From the NCBI RefSeq assembly GCF_009914755.1, contig NC_060941.1: a DNA stretch of 64,000 nt. One strand, given 5' to 3'. The DNA comes from the human T2T-CHM13v2.0 reference genome, Homo sapiens. The notes under the pieces are model-generated. The model saw only the letters and a program-made list of their open reading frames with translations, did no database searches and was not told the origin of the DNA. The stretch's first letter is position 1; every line of letters starts with the position of its first letter. The translations under genes were made by a program, and so were the position numbers. This document shows positions 35,950-49,600 of this stretch, in pieces.

Positions 35950-37390
35950 CCATTCAGCTCTCACGACCTGAATGTTGATTTCACCCTTCCTCCTCAACCT
36001 TCCAAATATTCTCCTTTATCCTCACTCTTGGTGAGACCTTGCTTCCTGTTTTCTAGGAAACAGGAGACAACATCCACATTCACCTGCCCACCTCCCTGCC
36101 TCGTCACCTACACCAGGCCCTCCCTTCTGTCCCCAGGGATGAGCATCGTGCTCCCAGACATGACCAACCACGTCACCTGTACACTAGAAACCAGCCCTTC
36201 TCACCATCATATGCTCACATCTCTGGCAATTCGCCCCTTGCACTCCACAGCCATCAATGTTTTCCTCCTGCCAGCACCCTGACAGGCTGCAGTCTCTCCC
36301 GTGACAGGGAAAGAAAACCCTCCTTGACACCATGGCTCCTTCATCCTACAAACTCAATTCACCACCTCCCTTAGAGCAAAACTTCCCAAATGAGTTGTCT
36401 ATACCTGTGGCCCCAATTCCCTCACTCCCATTCTCTCTTGGTCCCACTCCAAGCCAGCGTTCCGAGGCACCATTCCCTGAAGCCACCTTTGTCAAGGTTT
36501 TTACATCCACCATACTGAAAATGCAATGTGACCATTGCAATGTGACTGATGTGTCCAGTCCTTGTCTGGTCTGGGCCCTCAGCAGCATTAGCCATAGTTG
36601 GTGGCTCCTCTATGTGGAGACACTTTTCTTGGCTGCACTGCCCCACTCTCAGTTGGTTCTATTTTACTGGAAGCTTCATCTGCATTGCTGATTCCTGTCT
36701 ATCTCTCCAACATCTGGATACTGATGGGCCCCAAAGCTCAGAACTCGGACCTCTTTCTTCCCTGTCTATGCTGACTTTCTGAAGGTTTTGATTTAGTCTC
36801 CAAATTAAAAAAAAACATCTGTATGTTGACAATCCCAAAGTTTTATCTCCATCCTGGACTTCTCCCCAGAATCCCAGCTGCCCCTTGCAGTCTCCACTTG
36901 GACATCTGATACACTTTGGGGGTTTGACGTGCCCCCAAAGGGACCTCTGACCTCCTCCGCATTGCCCCCATCAAACCCATCTCTGAGGTCTTCCCCATCT
37001 CAGGAAACACCTGCCCCCCAGTCCAGCACGTAGTCCTAATCTGGGGGTCACCCTTGACTTGGCTCTTTTGGCCCACACCCCACAAACAGTCCAGTAGCAA
37101 ACCCCACAAACAGTCCAGTAGCAAACCCCACTGGCTCCGCCTCCAGCCGCCCTGAACCGCCCACTGCTCCCGCCTTGGTCGGGCCGCCATCATCTCCTGT
37201 CTGGTCCTCCTACTTCCTCCCTGGCTCCTACACTCTGTCCTCTGCACAGTAGAACCCAAAGTCCTGAGACGGCCCCTCCCCCACCAGGGTCCTGCGCGAC
37301 CCCTGCTCCTGCTTCTCTCCTCTTGCTTGTCTACTCCAGCCACAAATGTCTCCGCTGTTCCTTGAACGTCTAGCTGCCACCTAAGGAATT
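35950..37390 (+). mobile_element. Degenerate L2 element (interrupted by L1)
   Basis: L2-like motifs such as atctgtatgttgacaatcccaaa, ctccacttggacatct and ctccagccaca. Boundaries are approximate. Confidence 0.6.
37078..37130. repeat. Perfect 24-bp tandem duplication
   Basis: ccccacaaacagtccagtagcaaa x2. Confidence 0.9.
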
Positions 37391-37396
37391 TGGCAC

Positions 37397-38337
37397 ACAG
37401 GTGTATAAAAAGGTGCTCACCATCATTGATCATCAGAGAAATGCAAATCAAAACTACACTGAGATATCATCTCACCCCAGTTAAAATGGCTTAAATCCGA
37501 AAGACAGGCAATAACAAATACTGGCGAGGATGTGGAGAAAAGGGAACCCTCATACACTGCTGGCGGGAATATAAATTAGAACAACCACTACGGAGAACAG
37601 TTTGGAGGTTTCTCAAAAAACTGAAAACAGCTGCCGTAGGATCCAGCAATCCCACCTCTGAGTATGTTCGAAAAGAAAGGAAATCAGTATATGGAGGAGA
37701 TATCTGCATTGCTGTTTACTGCAGCACTGTTTACAATAGCTAAGATTTGGAAGCAACCTAAGTGTCCATCAACAGATGAATGGGTAAAGAAAATGTGGTA
37801 CAGATACACAATGGAGTACTACTGAGCCATAAAAAAAAAATGAGGGCCTGTCATTTTCAACAACATGGATGGAACTAGACATCATTTTGTTAAGTGAAAT
37901 AAGCCAGGCACAGAAAGACAAACATCGCATGTTCTCACTTATTTGTGGGATCTAAAAATCAAAACAACTGAACTCACGGACACAGAGAGCAGAAGGATGA
38001 TGACCAGAGGCTGGAAAGACGAGGGGGGTGTGGGCTGGGGGAAGGTGGGGATGGTTAATGGGTACAAAAGAGCAGAAAGAATGAATAAGACCTACTATTT
38101 GATAGTATAACAGGGTGACTATAGTCAATAATAACTTAATTGTACATTTAAAAATCACTGAAAGAGCATATTTGTATTGTGTGTAACAGAAAGGATAAAT
38201 GCTTGAGGAGGTGGACACCCCATCTTCCCTGATGTGATTATCACACACTGCATGCCTGTATCAAAACATCTCATGTATCACATAAATATATACACCTACT
38301 ATGTACCCACAACAATTAAAAGTAAGAAAAACGAAAA
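37397..38337 (+). mobile_element. L1 3' fragment (ORF2 end + 3'UTR, L1MA/L1PB-type)
   Basis: AT-rich. gaaatgcaaatcaaaac...gaagcaacctaagtgtccatcaacagatgaatgg...ttctcacttatttgtggga...A-rich end. Confidence 0.92.
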
Positions 38338-39099
38338 CCCTGCTGGCACTCCCCACCCCCTCTACCCCCAGCTCAGTTCTGCCCTTCCCCCTCTGAGTGC
38401 CTCCAGGTGTCCATGATCACCGTCTGCCTCTGCCCCCAGAACTAGTCAGGAGAACAAGGACTTTGTCCCTCCTGCTGCTGAATCTCCGGCATCCAGAGCA
38501 GTGTGTCACACACAGAGGGGACACGCTAACAACGGCCCTAATGGATGGATCAATGCCCAGATGAAGAAAGACGTCTCGGTGGGCGTGCTCGCTGACCAAG
38601 CTCTAGTGTACCCCACACGTGCCATCTCATCGAATCCCCACAAGCCTGTAAGGCAGGCTCAGATGTCAGCCTTGCTCTGCAGATGAGGCTTGGGCAGCCA
38701 TTCCTATCGCACCTGGCAGGCAGGCGGCAGGCAGTAAAGTTTGGCCAGCCCCCGCCTTCAGGGGCTATTGATGCAGGTGGGGACGTGCAGGAAACCCGGC
38801 TGTGCTGCAGGCCTGCTCTGTGTCCACTGCCTCGCGGCCATCATCTCATCTTTACTTACCATTCCTCCATGTGGTCGGTACCACGAACGCCATTTTTACA
38901 GAGGGGCCAAGGTGCCTGCCCAGGGTCACAGAGCCAAGGTTCTCACATAGACTGCCCCCTCCCACACACTCTACTGCACACACCCTCTTCAACACAGCAG
39001 GCAGGGAAGCGCAAGATGAGTTGGCATGGAGGTGGCGGCTGGCTCATCCCAGCATGTGAGTGCCACTGGGCATGCTCTTTACAACTCCAGGTCTAGTGA

Positions 39100-39240
39100 C
39101 CACACTGGGAGTCTGAAATCAGCCCTGGTGGGAGCATTTACACCACAGGAATCGGCAAAGGCTGCACATCACACATAAGGGCTGGATTGGGATTTGTCAC
39201 AGAAGAGAGGGTTGTTAGACATTTACCGGCACGCCACTGC
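39100..39240 (-). mobile_element. MER63-like hAT fragment
   Basis: Ends ggttgttagacatttaccggcacgccactg, the reverse of the element at 44630. Confidence 0.5.
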
Positions 39241-42200
39241 CCAGCTCCCTTCAATCACACAGCAAGGTGACCACCATGGCTGCCCCGGAGGCCTGAACGT
39301 GTGGCAGATAAATGACACTGAACGAGGCTGTCTGCAAAGACTGCACTCGACATTTTAAAATCAAATGCAATTCAAGCAACAGTTATGGAGCCCCTCCTCT
39401 GGGCCTGTATTTAGAGGTGAACGAGATGGGGCCTTATACACTAGAGGATTTCTGGTACCACAGGGAACTGACCATTCCCAGCCAGCAGCAGCAAGGGCTG
39501 GAAGGTGGTGAGCTCCATAAAGGCTAATGTCCACGTGTCTGGCAAAAGTGAACCAGGGGCCATGACAGAGAGGGATGGCACCAGCTCGGGTGTGGGGGCA
39601 GAGGGAAGGTGTTGCGGGGGTGGTGGCCAGGGCTGGCCTTGTAGGCAGGGCCAGGGCTCTGGGAGTGGCTGGCCTGCCAGGCCCGCTCTCCACCCCTTAC
39701 CCCGCCTCTGCTCCATGAACCTGGCAGCCTGGCCTGGACCTGTAGCCCTGTGGCTTCCTGGTGACAGTGGGGGGTGGGAGAGGAGTGTGGGTCTGGTGTA
39801 TTTGGTCCCCTGGTTGCCCACTGGGAGGCTGTCGTCGGCTGGCTCTGTCCTGGACCATGGTGGACTGACCTTGTCTCGGGGGGAGCCCAGTCCACGACTC
39901 TCCCCACTCCCTGGCTCTAGTCATTGCTTCCTCCACGCGCTCCTCCGGGCCTGGCGTGGTGATGGCTCTGTCGTCGCCAGTTCTGGGGTCCTGTGCTGTC
40001 CCTGGTGGTCCCTCCAACCCTGACCTCTAGACGCCTCCTTGAAAATAAACTCGTCTCCAATTATCCGGGAATGAGCGAGCCACCTGCTGCCTGTTGGATC
40101 CTGATGACATGACGGTGTGGGGCGAGGGCTTCCCTAGCCCAGGACAGGCAGGTGGGGCCCTGAGCAGGTTGGGGCTGTGGCTGGCTGTCTGAGCCACAGG
40201 GCCTCGCCTGGGCTGTGCTCTGGGTGTACATGTCCTTGGTCCCAGGACCCTGTGCACTAGCCCCACCACCACTTTGGGCCTCAGCAACTTAGTTTGTGGG
40301 ATGGGGACAATGACTCATCTGCCTGGAGGCAGGGCCGGGCAGAAGCACCCTCCATCTTCCAGACCTAGAGCTGAGGACCCCCAGAGGTGTCTGCCCACGT
40401 CGCTGGCCCAGTGTGTTCTCTACCCGGCCTATCCCTTGGCCAATGTGCTCTCCGGTCCTGCCTGGTAAGGTCCCCCAGCCTGCGTGTGGGACAACGGGCC
40501 GGCAGGGAGCTCAGGGAGCAGGCGGCAAGGAGACAGGCTGGCCAATGGTCTGGCCGTGGATGGAGCCCCTCCCGCACGGCCTGGCCGCCTTCCCTCGGCA
40601 CAGCCCTTCCTGGCTCCCTCTCCTCTCAGGCCCTCCAGGACAATGAAGCTAATTGCCTTCAGACGGCTCCCGCCTGCGGGAAGGGCGCCGCGTGGCCCTG
40701 GGCCGGCGGGGCAGGCTGCAGTGGGAGTGAGGCTGGTGGCGAGGCTGGGCACCGGGCCATTTCTCCAGCACCTCTGGGCAAAGCCCATTCCAGGCAGAAA
40801 TGGGGAAGGGAGGGAGGGGGAACGCCAGGCCCCATCCGCCGAGCTGTGAGGTGTGTCACAGCCTGTGCCACCCATGCAGGTCACCTGCCTGCCCAAGAGG
40901 TGAGTCCACCCACCTGCAGATCTGTGCTGCCCTCACCCTCATAGCCACTACCACCCCCTGCACATTTAATTCTCCTGCTGACCTGCAGAGGTGGATGTCA
41001 CAAGCTGAGTTTCACAGAGGGGACACCGAGGCCAGCAGCTATGTGTTCCGTGAGCAGGAAAGCCCCTCACCCCCTCCCCACGATCTGGGACACCTCAGAC
41101 TTCCTGGACGCGTCTGCCACATTCCCAGTTTGAATGCGGTTGGAACACAGACGTGTGAAAGTCTGGTGTGAGGAGGGGGCTTGAGGCTGTCAGCCCCACA
41201 TATCCCTGTGATGGGGACCAGAACAGGACAGACGGATGTCCACTTCCAGAGTCTGGGGTGGGGGCCAGAGCCATCTCACCAAGAGCGTGTGGTGCCCTCA
41301 TGTGGCAGGCGGCGATTCACAGGCAGGTACCCGATGTGAGCACCCCTGCCCGGCCCACAGCCCTCCCGAGATCCTGGAGGAATCTGGTGTTGGAAGGGGA
41401 GGCTGGTGACCCGGGGGCTGACCTCTGGCAGGTAGGGGGTGTGGGTTCCAGTCCCTGGGGTCCCTGATGATGGCTGGATCAGGTGACCTCATTACTCTGA
41501 CCTCCCCTGCCTGGAAGCAGGGGTGGTCCTGCCCTCCTCCCTGTCTATACACCCAAGGGCGTGCAAACGAGGCCCCATCTCTCTGCATGGCAGGGAGTCT
41601 ACATCCTCGTCTCTGGCTGCAATTGAGCACCCTGAACACTCCTTCAGTTCTAGAATCTTAGAACAGGTAGTTTCTGCAGGAGACACCCAGCCCAGCCCGC
41701 CAGACAAAGTCTCCTCTGTTCCCTCCCTGACCGGCACCCCGGACCTCTGCTCAAACAAGCCTCCTGACCGGTGCTTTACTAACGAGGAGGCTCCTTCAGT
41801 CCACCTCAGAACAGCTCTGCCACTCACTGAGCTGAAATCTGCCTGCTGGAAACTTCCACCCGGCACCGGGCTTTGCAGGCATCCCACAGCCTCCTCTTCG
41901 CAGGCTGGTCCTCCAAGAACGCACAGAATCCACCTCTCTAGTATGTTTGGCTTGGGTGAAGCCTCCAGTTTCCTGAGTGGCCAACTGCTACCAGCTTTGC
42001 CCATCCTGGCTGCTCCTCAGCACGACTCCAACGCCACATTCACTCCCAACTTACAGGTCAAGAGTCACAGGCAAATGGCTCTGGTTGGATCTGAATCCGG
42101 GCCAGCCTTCCAAATTATCACCCGACGTCACCATCATGCAGGTCCGGGTGCACCCTTCCTTCCTGAGGGGCTGGGAGCAGCTTCACTTCTTGATACCTGA

Positions 42201-44099
42201 GTGCAGAAAGGGGGGCTCCCCAGCTGTGCCTGCCCAGGTGGCCAGTTCAAGAGCAGAGTGGGTAGTTTCCACGAGCCAGAGGACAACCCAGAGATAACGC
42301 ATCAACAGGAACGATGAGAGGGAGACCTGAGGGAGAAGCAGGTGTCCAGAGCGGTGAGGGAGGAGAGGAGGTGGGAAGAACGGAGGAACAGAAGAACAGG
42401 CATTTCTAGACAATGCATTTGCTTCTATTTTCTTGCAGGTGATGCTCCTATTTTCTTTTCTTTTTTTAATGTGCATATTACAGGTCAAAGAAGTTTTAGG
42501 GAAAATAAAAGATTATCTAAAACGGATGAAGATTAAGCTGGAAAACATGATGATGTCAAGGGAAGGCCCAGGTGCCCCCGACCGGCGCCCTTGAGCCCCC
42601 GCATCAGAGGCCGGTTCCTATTGCTGATGTCACATCGTGTGCTGGGGTCGGGTCTGGTTCCAGGAAAGATGTCCTGCCATGATTAAAGCTGCACTGGGCT
42701 GGAACAGCACGAGTTATCTGGATATCTCCGAGGAGGGTGGAGCTGGCCCCACTCATAAGAGACCTGTGACCCCCGATCCCAGGAGGTTCAAGATGAAAGG
42801 CGTCTCAGAGAACATTCTGTCCACTTTGTCAAGGAGAAAATGGGCACCGGAGAGGCTGACTTGCCCCTGTCACGCTGCCCCCGTCACGCTGCTGGTGCGG
42901 GCAGGGAGCCCTGCTGTTCTGCATGTCTGCACCAGCAGGAAAGTGAGCAATGGTGTGCGTGAATCTGCCCCCAAAATACACACCATGCGACCGCTCAGCG
43001 CCAGGTTCTAGATGTCTGGGCACAGCAGCGGGTAGAGTCCTACCCTCAGGGAGCAGACTCCTGGCGGAAGCCCTCCCCAGCATTGGCTAAATTGGAGATG
43101 CATGATTCCATGCTCAGGGGTCCCCCACTTGGCCTCTATTATGTTTGGCTTGGTCGAAACCTCCAGTTTCCTGAGTGGCCAACTGAAGGCTGGGCACGTC
43201 CTCCTGGCATTGAGCATTTGCTTCAGTGACTCCTAGAGAGGATCCCCCATGTGTGGATGAGGGGGGGACTTTGCTTCCCAGAAGCACAAATAAACCATCG
43301 TGAGCGTTTTCTACGACCCACTGAGGTCCCAGAAGCAGGTTTTCCCCAGGTGCTTTGTGGACCCAGGATCCGCCAGGGCTTTCCCAGGATGGAGGTCACA
43401 GGTGGCAGGGGGACAGGAGGGCCCGTGCAGCCACAGCTCTCTCTCCCGCACCAGGTTCCTGCCTTCAGACTCAGCTGCTTCCTCCGCCCAGAAACAGGCC
43501 ACCTCTACAGCTCACAGGCTCCTAACTCCAAGGTCTGTGGTTCCGGCTGGACTGGGAGAGTGAGCATCCCTGCCGGATGAGAGCAGAGGCCCCTGACCAG
43601 CATGGAACACCCCCAAAAGCCAGGTCGTAGCCAGCAAGGTGAGAAGCCTGGGAGCCGGGGCTGCCTGCCCCTGCTCCTGTGGGGACTCCTGCTGTGCCAG
43701 GACGGGCAGCTCAGGAGACCTCTCACTCCAGGGCAATCTCATGCCTCCTTATCAGGAGCTCTTCGGGAGTCATCCCCAAGGTGCAGGATGTACAGAGGGG
43801 TCCCTGCAGGTACTTTAAAGCCAGAGACCTTGGTGCATGGCCCTGTTTCAGCAGAGGTGCTATTGCAAATGCCTCAGGCCAGAGTGAGGCTATGATCACA
43901 GTGAAGAAACCTCTGGTGGTGCTTTGCCACCTGAGCCCACCTGAACTTTCCAGAACCTCAGCAGTGGAGGGTAGCACCCCAGACCCCGAGACCCTGAGCA
44001 CAAGTGCTTGTGCTTCCATCACTGAGTCCCCAGGGGCTGACCCGGTTCAGGCACATGGCAGGTGCTCAGTAAATGCTGAGTGATGCTGCTGCTGCTGAT

Positions 44100-44330
44100 G
44101 ATGATAATTAGAGTAGTGACGGACGGTGGCTGAAGGCTTACGAATGCCCAGCACTGGGTGAAGCACTGAAAGTACATTATTTCATTTAATCTTCAATGCG
44201 CTAAACTGGCATTCTTGATGCAAGGAAAGAAACTCAGAGTGGGGAAGTTACTTGCCCAAGCACACACATCCAGGATGTAGCAGACCTGGGATCTGAACCC
44301 AGGCCTGTTTGATCCTGGAACCACCTGCTG
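44100..44330. mobile_element. MIR
   Basis: acattatttcatttaatcttca...gaaactcagag...acttgcccaag...ggatctgaacccaggc. Confidence 0.7.
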
Positions 44331-44629
44331 CTACCTGACAGGTATGGACTGCTTTCCAATCCGGAGTAAGAGGGTGTGCCCTAGAGACCCAGGGGAGGAA
44401 GGAGGGGTGGGCAGCAGGACAACGCTCTCTCCTTCCCCCAAGCCCCCCAGGCTCCTGCTGAGCCAGTTGTCCAGGCTTCCTGAGTTCATTCTAACCTAGT
44501 GACCAACCAGGGTTTCCTGAGACCCTGATATGCACCCACCTCTGTGCTTGACACTGTCCTTCAAGGTGCAGAGGACACCATAGCCTCTGTAGGGGCTGAC
44601 TCAGGACCTCCCCTGCCCCAATGGGGAGA

Positions 44630-44760
44630 GGTAGTGGTGTGCTGGTAACATTAACAACTGGCTCCGTGGGGAAAAGACTGCTTGTGGCGTTTGCCAATTT
44701 CCCTGGTGTAAATACTCCCACCATTGCTGGTTCTAAACTACCAGCCTGAAATCTCTGAAG
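44630..44760 (+). mobile_element. MER63-like hAT fragment
   Basis: tagtggtgtgctggtaacattaacaactggctc...ggtgtaaatactcccacca. Confidence 0.5.
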
Positions 44761-45914
44761 GTGCAGCTGGGAAGAGATACTTACAGTCCAGAGCTTATAT
44801 GACACCCCAGCCCATGCCAGGGAGGGGAGGAATGGGCGGACCTGCCCCAGTCGGGCTCCAATTCACTCTCCTTGCCCCAGCAAGAGGTCTAGGGAGGCCC
44901 AGGAATGGGGGCTGGTGAGCAAATGGGAGCTCTGCAGGAGGAGGGCAGGGGCTGCCCTGCGGGGACCGGGAGGAGGCTGGGCAGCGCTGCTTGCTGGGGA
45001 AAGGCTCAGGAGGTGCCCAGGCCTGGAGCAGGAATGCACCTGAGTGACTTGCTCCCACCCCATCCAACCCATTCTGTCCCCTGACAGCAGGTTTAATATC
45101 TTTTATTAATTAGGGCTGTCGGACGCCCCGCCACACTGCATATTACTTCATTCAGGGACCATTAGGTCTCCATGTTCCACAGCCACCGGCTCTCAGGTCC
45201 CCTTCCCCCCCGACTTCTCCACGAAGACTTCCTGGAAGGCCCAGGGCAGATCAAGAGCCTGCCCCCGCCCCTCAGACCTAGAGGGGCTTCAGGGATCATC
45301 CAGGCAGAGCCACACTGTGGGTGAGCAGGGCTCCGAGGCCCACAGTCACTTCGCAAGCCAACAACCCGCCACCAAGTCGCATGCTCTGCCGCCTGCTGTT
45401 GGCAGTGGAGGGCGGGCACAGGCTGGGCCGCTGTGGTCCCTGCCACCGCCCTCTGCCAGGAGCGTGGATGTCCCCACCCTCTTTCTCTCCTTTGCTCAGG
45501 TCCACAGCTTCTCATTTCCCCCTAGGGCCTCAGGGCTCTCCCACAGTGGCGTGAGGGCAGGCGGTCCAGCAGGGAGGCGCTGAGTGGGCCATGGGGCAGA
45601 CCTCCCTGCAAACTCCAGGCCTCGGCATGCAGCCTGCTCTCCAGGCCCCGGTGGGGACAAGCCTGGGTCTCACAGAGCCCGATACCGAGCAGTCTTCTGA
45701 CACAGTCCCTGGAACGAGTGGAGTGCCCTGTCCTTCAGCCCGGGCTTGGTGCGGGATGGGGCCTGCCATGCTCTAAGCTCTGGCCTCCCTGCCTGGAGGC
45801 GGGACCTGGCCCAAGCCTCAAAGCCGAAGCACAAATTCCTCATCAGTGAAGATCCAGAGCCGCCGTGGTGCTAGGACACGGTGCGCGGGAATCAGCCCCG
45901 CACCTGCAAGGCAG

Positions 45915-46280
45915 CGTGCTCTGCGTGCCCTGCGTGTGCCCCATGTGTACTGTGTGCCCCGTGTGTGAGCATGTGTGCCCCATGTGTGCTGTGCCCCCAT
46001 GTACTTGTGTGTACCGTGAGCCATGTGCTGCGTGTCCCGTGTGTGCTGTGTGCCCCGTGTGTGCACATGTGCGCCCCGTGTGTGCTGTGTGACCCGTGTG
46101 CTTGTGTGTACCGTGTGTGAGCCATGTGCTGCGTGTGCTGTATGCTGTGTGCTCCGTGTGTTCTGTGCACTGTGTGTGCCCTGCGTGTACTGTGTGCTCT
46201 GTGCCCATGTGTGCTCCGCTCAGTCTCCATGTGCCCTCCGTGTGTATTCCATGTGCCCTCCGTGTGCTGTGCTCTGTGCA
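45915..46280. repeat. TG-rich low-complexity tandem repeat
   Basis: gtgtgctgtgtgcccc(a/g)tgt units. Confidence 0.9.
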
Positions 46281-46539
46281 CGCTGGGAACAGCGCTAGAG
46301 CGTCTGTGCTTCTGGACAGGAAAACAAGCCCCTCGTCTACCTTCACCGTCTTCCAGCTGAACGTTGGTAGCACCTCCACCCACAGACGCGGCTGCAAACC
46401 CCACGGCGTGAGCCCACCTGACGCAGCACCCACCACCACCCGCAGGAGCCTCAGGCCTTCCTGTTAAGCGTCGCCACTCCGCTATCTGCTGACCTTCACG
46501 CTCACTCCAACTCCAAACCTGGGCCTGGTCTCTCACACG

Positions 46540-46720
46540 TTAGGAAGCCACGGATCATGTTTTCATGCACGGGTATTTTCTTTTGGTAACTGTATCTCAA
46601 TACAATTGGTTTCCTTCATAATAATCTGTTTTATTTTATGCATTTAAGACCATTATTGGAAGAAGGGGTCAGATATTGAGGGGTTCAAGGCACAAGACCT
46701 GGTAGAAACCACTGGCCCAG
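46540..46720. mobile_element. hAT-Charlie-type DNA transposon remnant
   Basis: aactgtatctcaatacaattggtttcct...ttttattttatgcatttaa...aaggggtc. Subfamily uncertain. Confidence 0.45.
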
Positions 46721-48342
46721 TGATGCCAGGGGCCTCCCTGCTCTGATGGCTGAGAGATGGCCCCGAATCCTGCCCGGCCACCTGGCCAGAGCCCAACCCC
46801 AGCCCCAGACCAGACTCAGTCCCTCCCTGCTCAGGTCAGCACAGATCTCAGCTGAAAAGCGCCAGACGAGGGGACAGATTTTCACACGATTAAGCGGTAA
46901 TTCTCTCCAAGCTCACTGCATACAAATCATAAATAATGTGGCTCCATAAATCCTCTTCTCCCACCAGCTTCACCTCCACCTACTCTGCGTCTTGCCTGGG
47001 GAAAATCAGCAAGGAGCCAGGTGTCTGGCTGATGGGGCTTGGTCGGCAGGTGCAGAGCGGGGTGCTGGGAGGTGAGTTCACCTCGATGGTCAATCAGACG
47101 GACGGAAACACCAACAGTTCCCAGCTCCCAGGGTGAGGGGGCTTGAGGCTGCTGGCCAGCTGGGGCTGAGGTCAGACTCAGGCACAGAGCCCAGGAGGGG
47201 TCTCTGCAGCGGGTAGACTGGGGTGGGGTGGGGTGGGGTGGGGGGCAGAGGGCGTACGTAGAAGAGCACTGCACTTAGGGTAAGCAAAGGAGCTGAGCGA
47301 CGCGGGCCAATCACTGCCCCGGATGAGCAGCGGCCTACAGCCCTATTCCATGCACGTCCCTGCCGTGGTCTGAGGCTGTAGCTCTGAGTGTGCACGTGTG
47401 TGTACTCACGCAGGTGCAGGCGCCACGGGGGATCAGCACCCGGCACTGGGCGGCTCCCCTCGGAGCCAACAGGAAACAGCGTACATTGCTGGTCTGACGG
47501 GTGAGATTGGCAGGAGTGCCAGAGCTGCTGGGGGCAGAGTCGGGGGTGAGGACAGAGGGCCTGGGTGCAGGGTGTCGCGGTCCTCTCTCCCCCTGCTCTG
47601 CCCTCAAGCCGCAGGCATCCGCCTGACTCGCCCTTGAGCGGCCTGGCTTCCAGCTGCTGCTCACTGGCCCTCCCCTGGGGCTGAGGAGAACCTCGAGAGC
47701 AGCAACACTGGAGGACAGGGAGGGGGTGCAGGCGACATGAGGAAAGCCGCAAGGATTGGGAAGAGAGCACCCAACTCCTCTGAGAGGTAAGGGAGGCGCT
47801 TAGGAAAAGCAAAGCCCTTCCCCTGGGAGCAGGAACCCTCTTCTCCACCCTGGACGGGGCGTGCGGGCCCGTGGGAGGCTCCAGGTCCTGAGGATGATCC
47901 CCTTGCCCTCATCGTGGCCCCTATAACCAGGCTGCTCTCCATTTCACACACGAGCAAAGTGGCCTGAGCCACACAGGTAGGGGGAGCTGCCAAGGCTGGG
48001 TGGGCCTCAAACCCCAGCGTGGGGGTGACCAAAGGCCTCCTTCCCATCCAAGGAGACCTTCTGCCTCCAGGGAGGAGGGGGAGCTCATGGTGGCCTCCTG
48101 CCCCTGCCCACAGGAGCAGGGTGGGGAGCAAGGGTTCTGAGATCCCGGTAAGTTACCAAGGCAGGGGCCAGTGGGAGAAGACAGAGGAGGCTGCAGGGGA
48201 AACCAGAGGAGCGGGTCCCTGAGGAGGCCTGGGCCCAGCCTTGTCCATCCATGGTCACTACCAGCTCCTAGCAGAGCTTCACTGCAGCTCTCATGCAGCT
48301 CCCATCTCACCTTGTACCTTCCCACTCACTCAGCTGAGATCT

Positions 48343-48382
48343 GTTTGCTGAGCACCTACTAGGTTTGCTGAGCACCTACTAG
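48343..48382. repeat. Perfect 20-bp tandem duplication
   Basis: gtttgctgagcacctactag x2, inside an L2-end-like sequence. Confidence 0.9.
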
Positions 48383-49504
48383 CCATCTCTGGGACACCAT
48401 GGTGAAAAACACCACCCCATGTGGTGTCATGGACAGGCTTTGTGCAGAGCTTCTCTGCTGTGACTCAGGTCTTCCCTCCTCTAATCCTCCTCTACATCCT
48501 TGAGGTGTCCAAATACCTCCTCTGGGAAGCCTTCCAGGCTACCCCTACCCAGCTGTGATCTCCACTGTACTCAGTTCCTCCTCCATCCTTGCTCAAGTCC
48601 TGCTGAGATGCTGCTGTGAATTTATATAAGCAGGTGAGTACACGCAGCATCCGTGGTACACACAGCATTTGGCCTACACCTGAGGGTGGACCAGGAGACA
48701 CCAGGTTCCTACTCAGTGGGATGGCAAGAACATCATCCAGGCCAAAGCTCCCTCCCAGGGCCTTGTGAGGACAACGCAACAGGTCAGCTGTCAAGTGACC
48801 CACCAGAGGAGAAGCGCTGGCTGTGAATATCGGAGCAGCCCCTGGGCCTCTCTCCCCCAGGGTTCCAGGGCCGCTTGCTCTGCCAGCTACAGAGGCATCC
48901 TCGTTTCTGTTTTCTGCATATTCATTAAGGAATATTAGCATTATTAATGGCCCATGGTCTTCATTTAGCAAATGGAACAGGATATTAAGCACAGTGCCCA
49001 GGACATGAGGTGGGCAGGAGGGGGTGGAGACGGCGGGAAGGCAGGACCCCACCCTTGCACTCTGCACCCAGCAGCCTCAGGTCTGGGACGTTCCCCTGTC
49101 CCTCCCACGGTGCCCTGGGGCTTCCAGCAGCCACCTCCTAGTTACTGTGAGCTCCAAGAAGGCGGCTTCAAATGAACATTTGCAAAATGTAATTAGGAAG
49201 GTAAATTTCCTGGCAACGAAGATTACATAATGCGTCCCACAGCCAAACACCCACCTGGTGGAATGTGGTTGGAAAACTGGATGTATTCATCACTTGGGAT
49301 CAGTCCCCTGATGATCCCTTCTTTAATGGGGGTGCTTGGGAGTTGGTGGTCCGGGCAGTGGCTCTGGGAGGGAGACTCTGTGGGTACAGAACCCCTGGGT
49401 GCTCACGCCTGGTCGGTCACATGTGGCTGCGCACAGCAGGTGCACACAGCTCTGCAGCCTTGCAGCTGGGACACAGTGAGGTCTGTGTTGCATGGTGAGC
49501 TTTG

Positions 49505-49600
49505 AGACTCTGCTCCTCAAAGTCTGGACTGCGGACCCTGTCATCTGCTAGAAATGCAGATTCCTGGGCTGCACCCTGACCTGCAGCCTCAGAATCACAA
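49505..49600. mobile_element. MER5A-like fragment
   Basis: ctcaaagtctgg...tgctagaaatgcagattcctgggctgcaccc...cagaatc. Confidence 0.6.

Noticed and set aside
47220-47246. (GGGGT)n G-quadruplex motif
   Set aside because: A common simple repeat with no contextual support.
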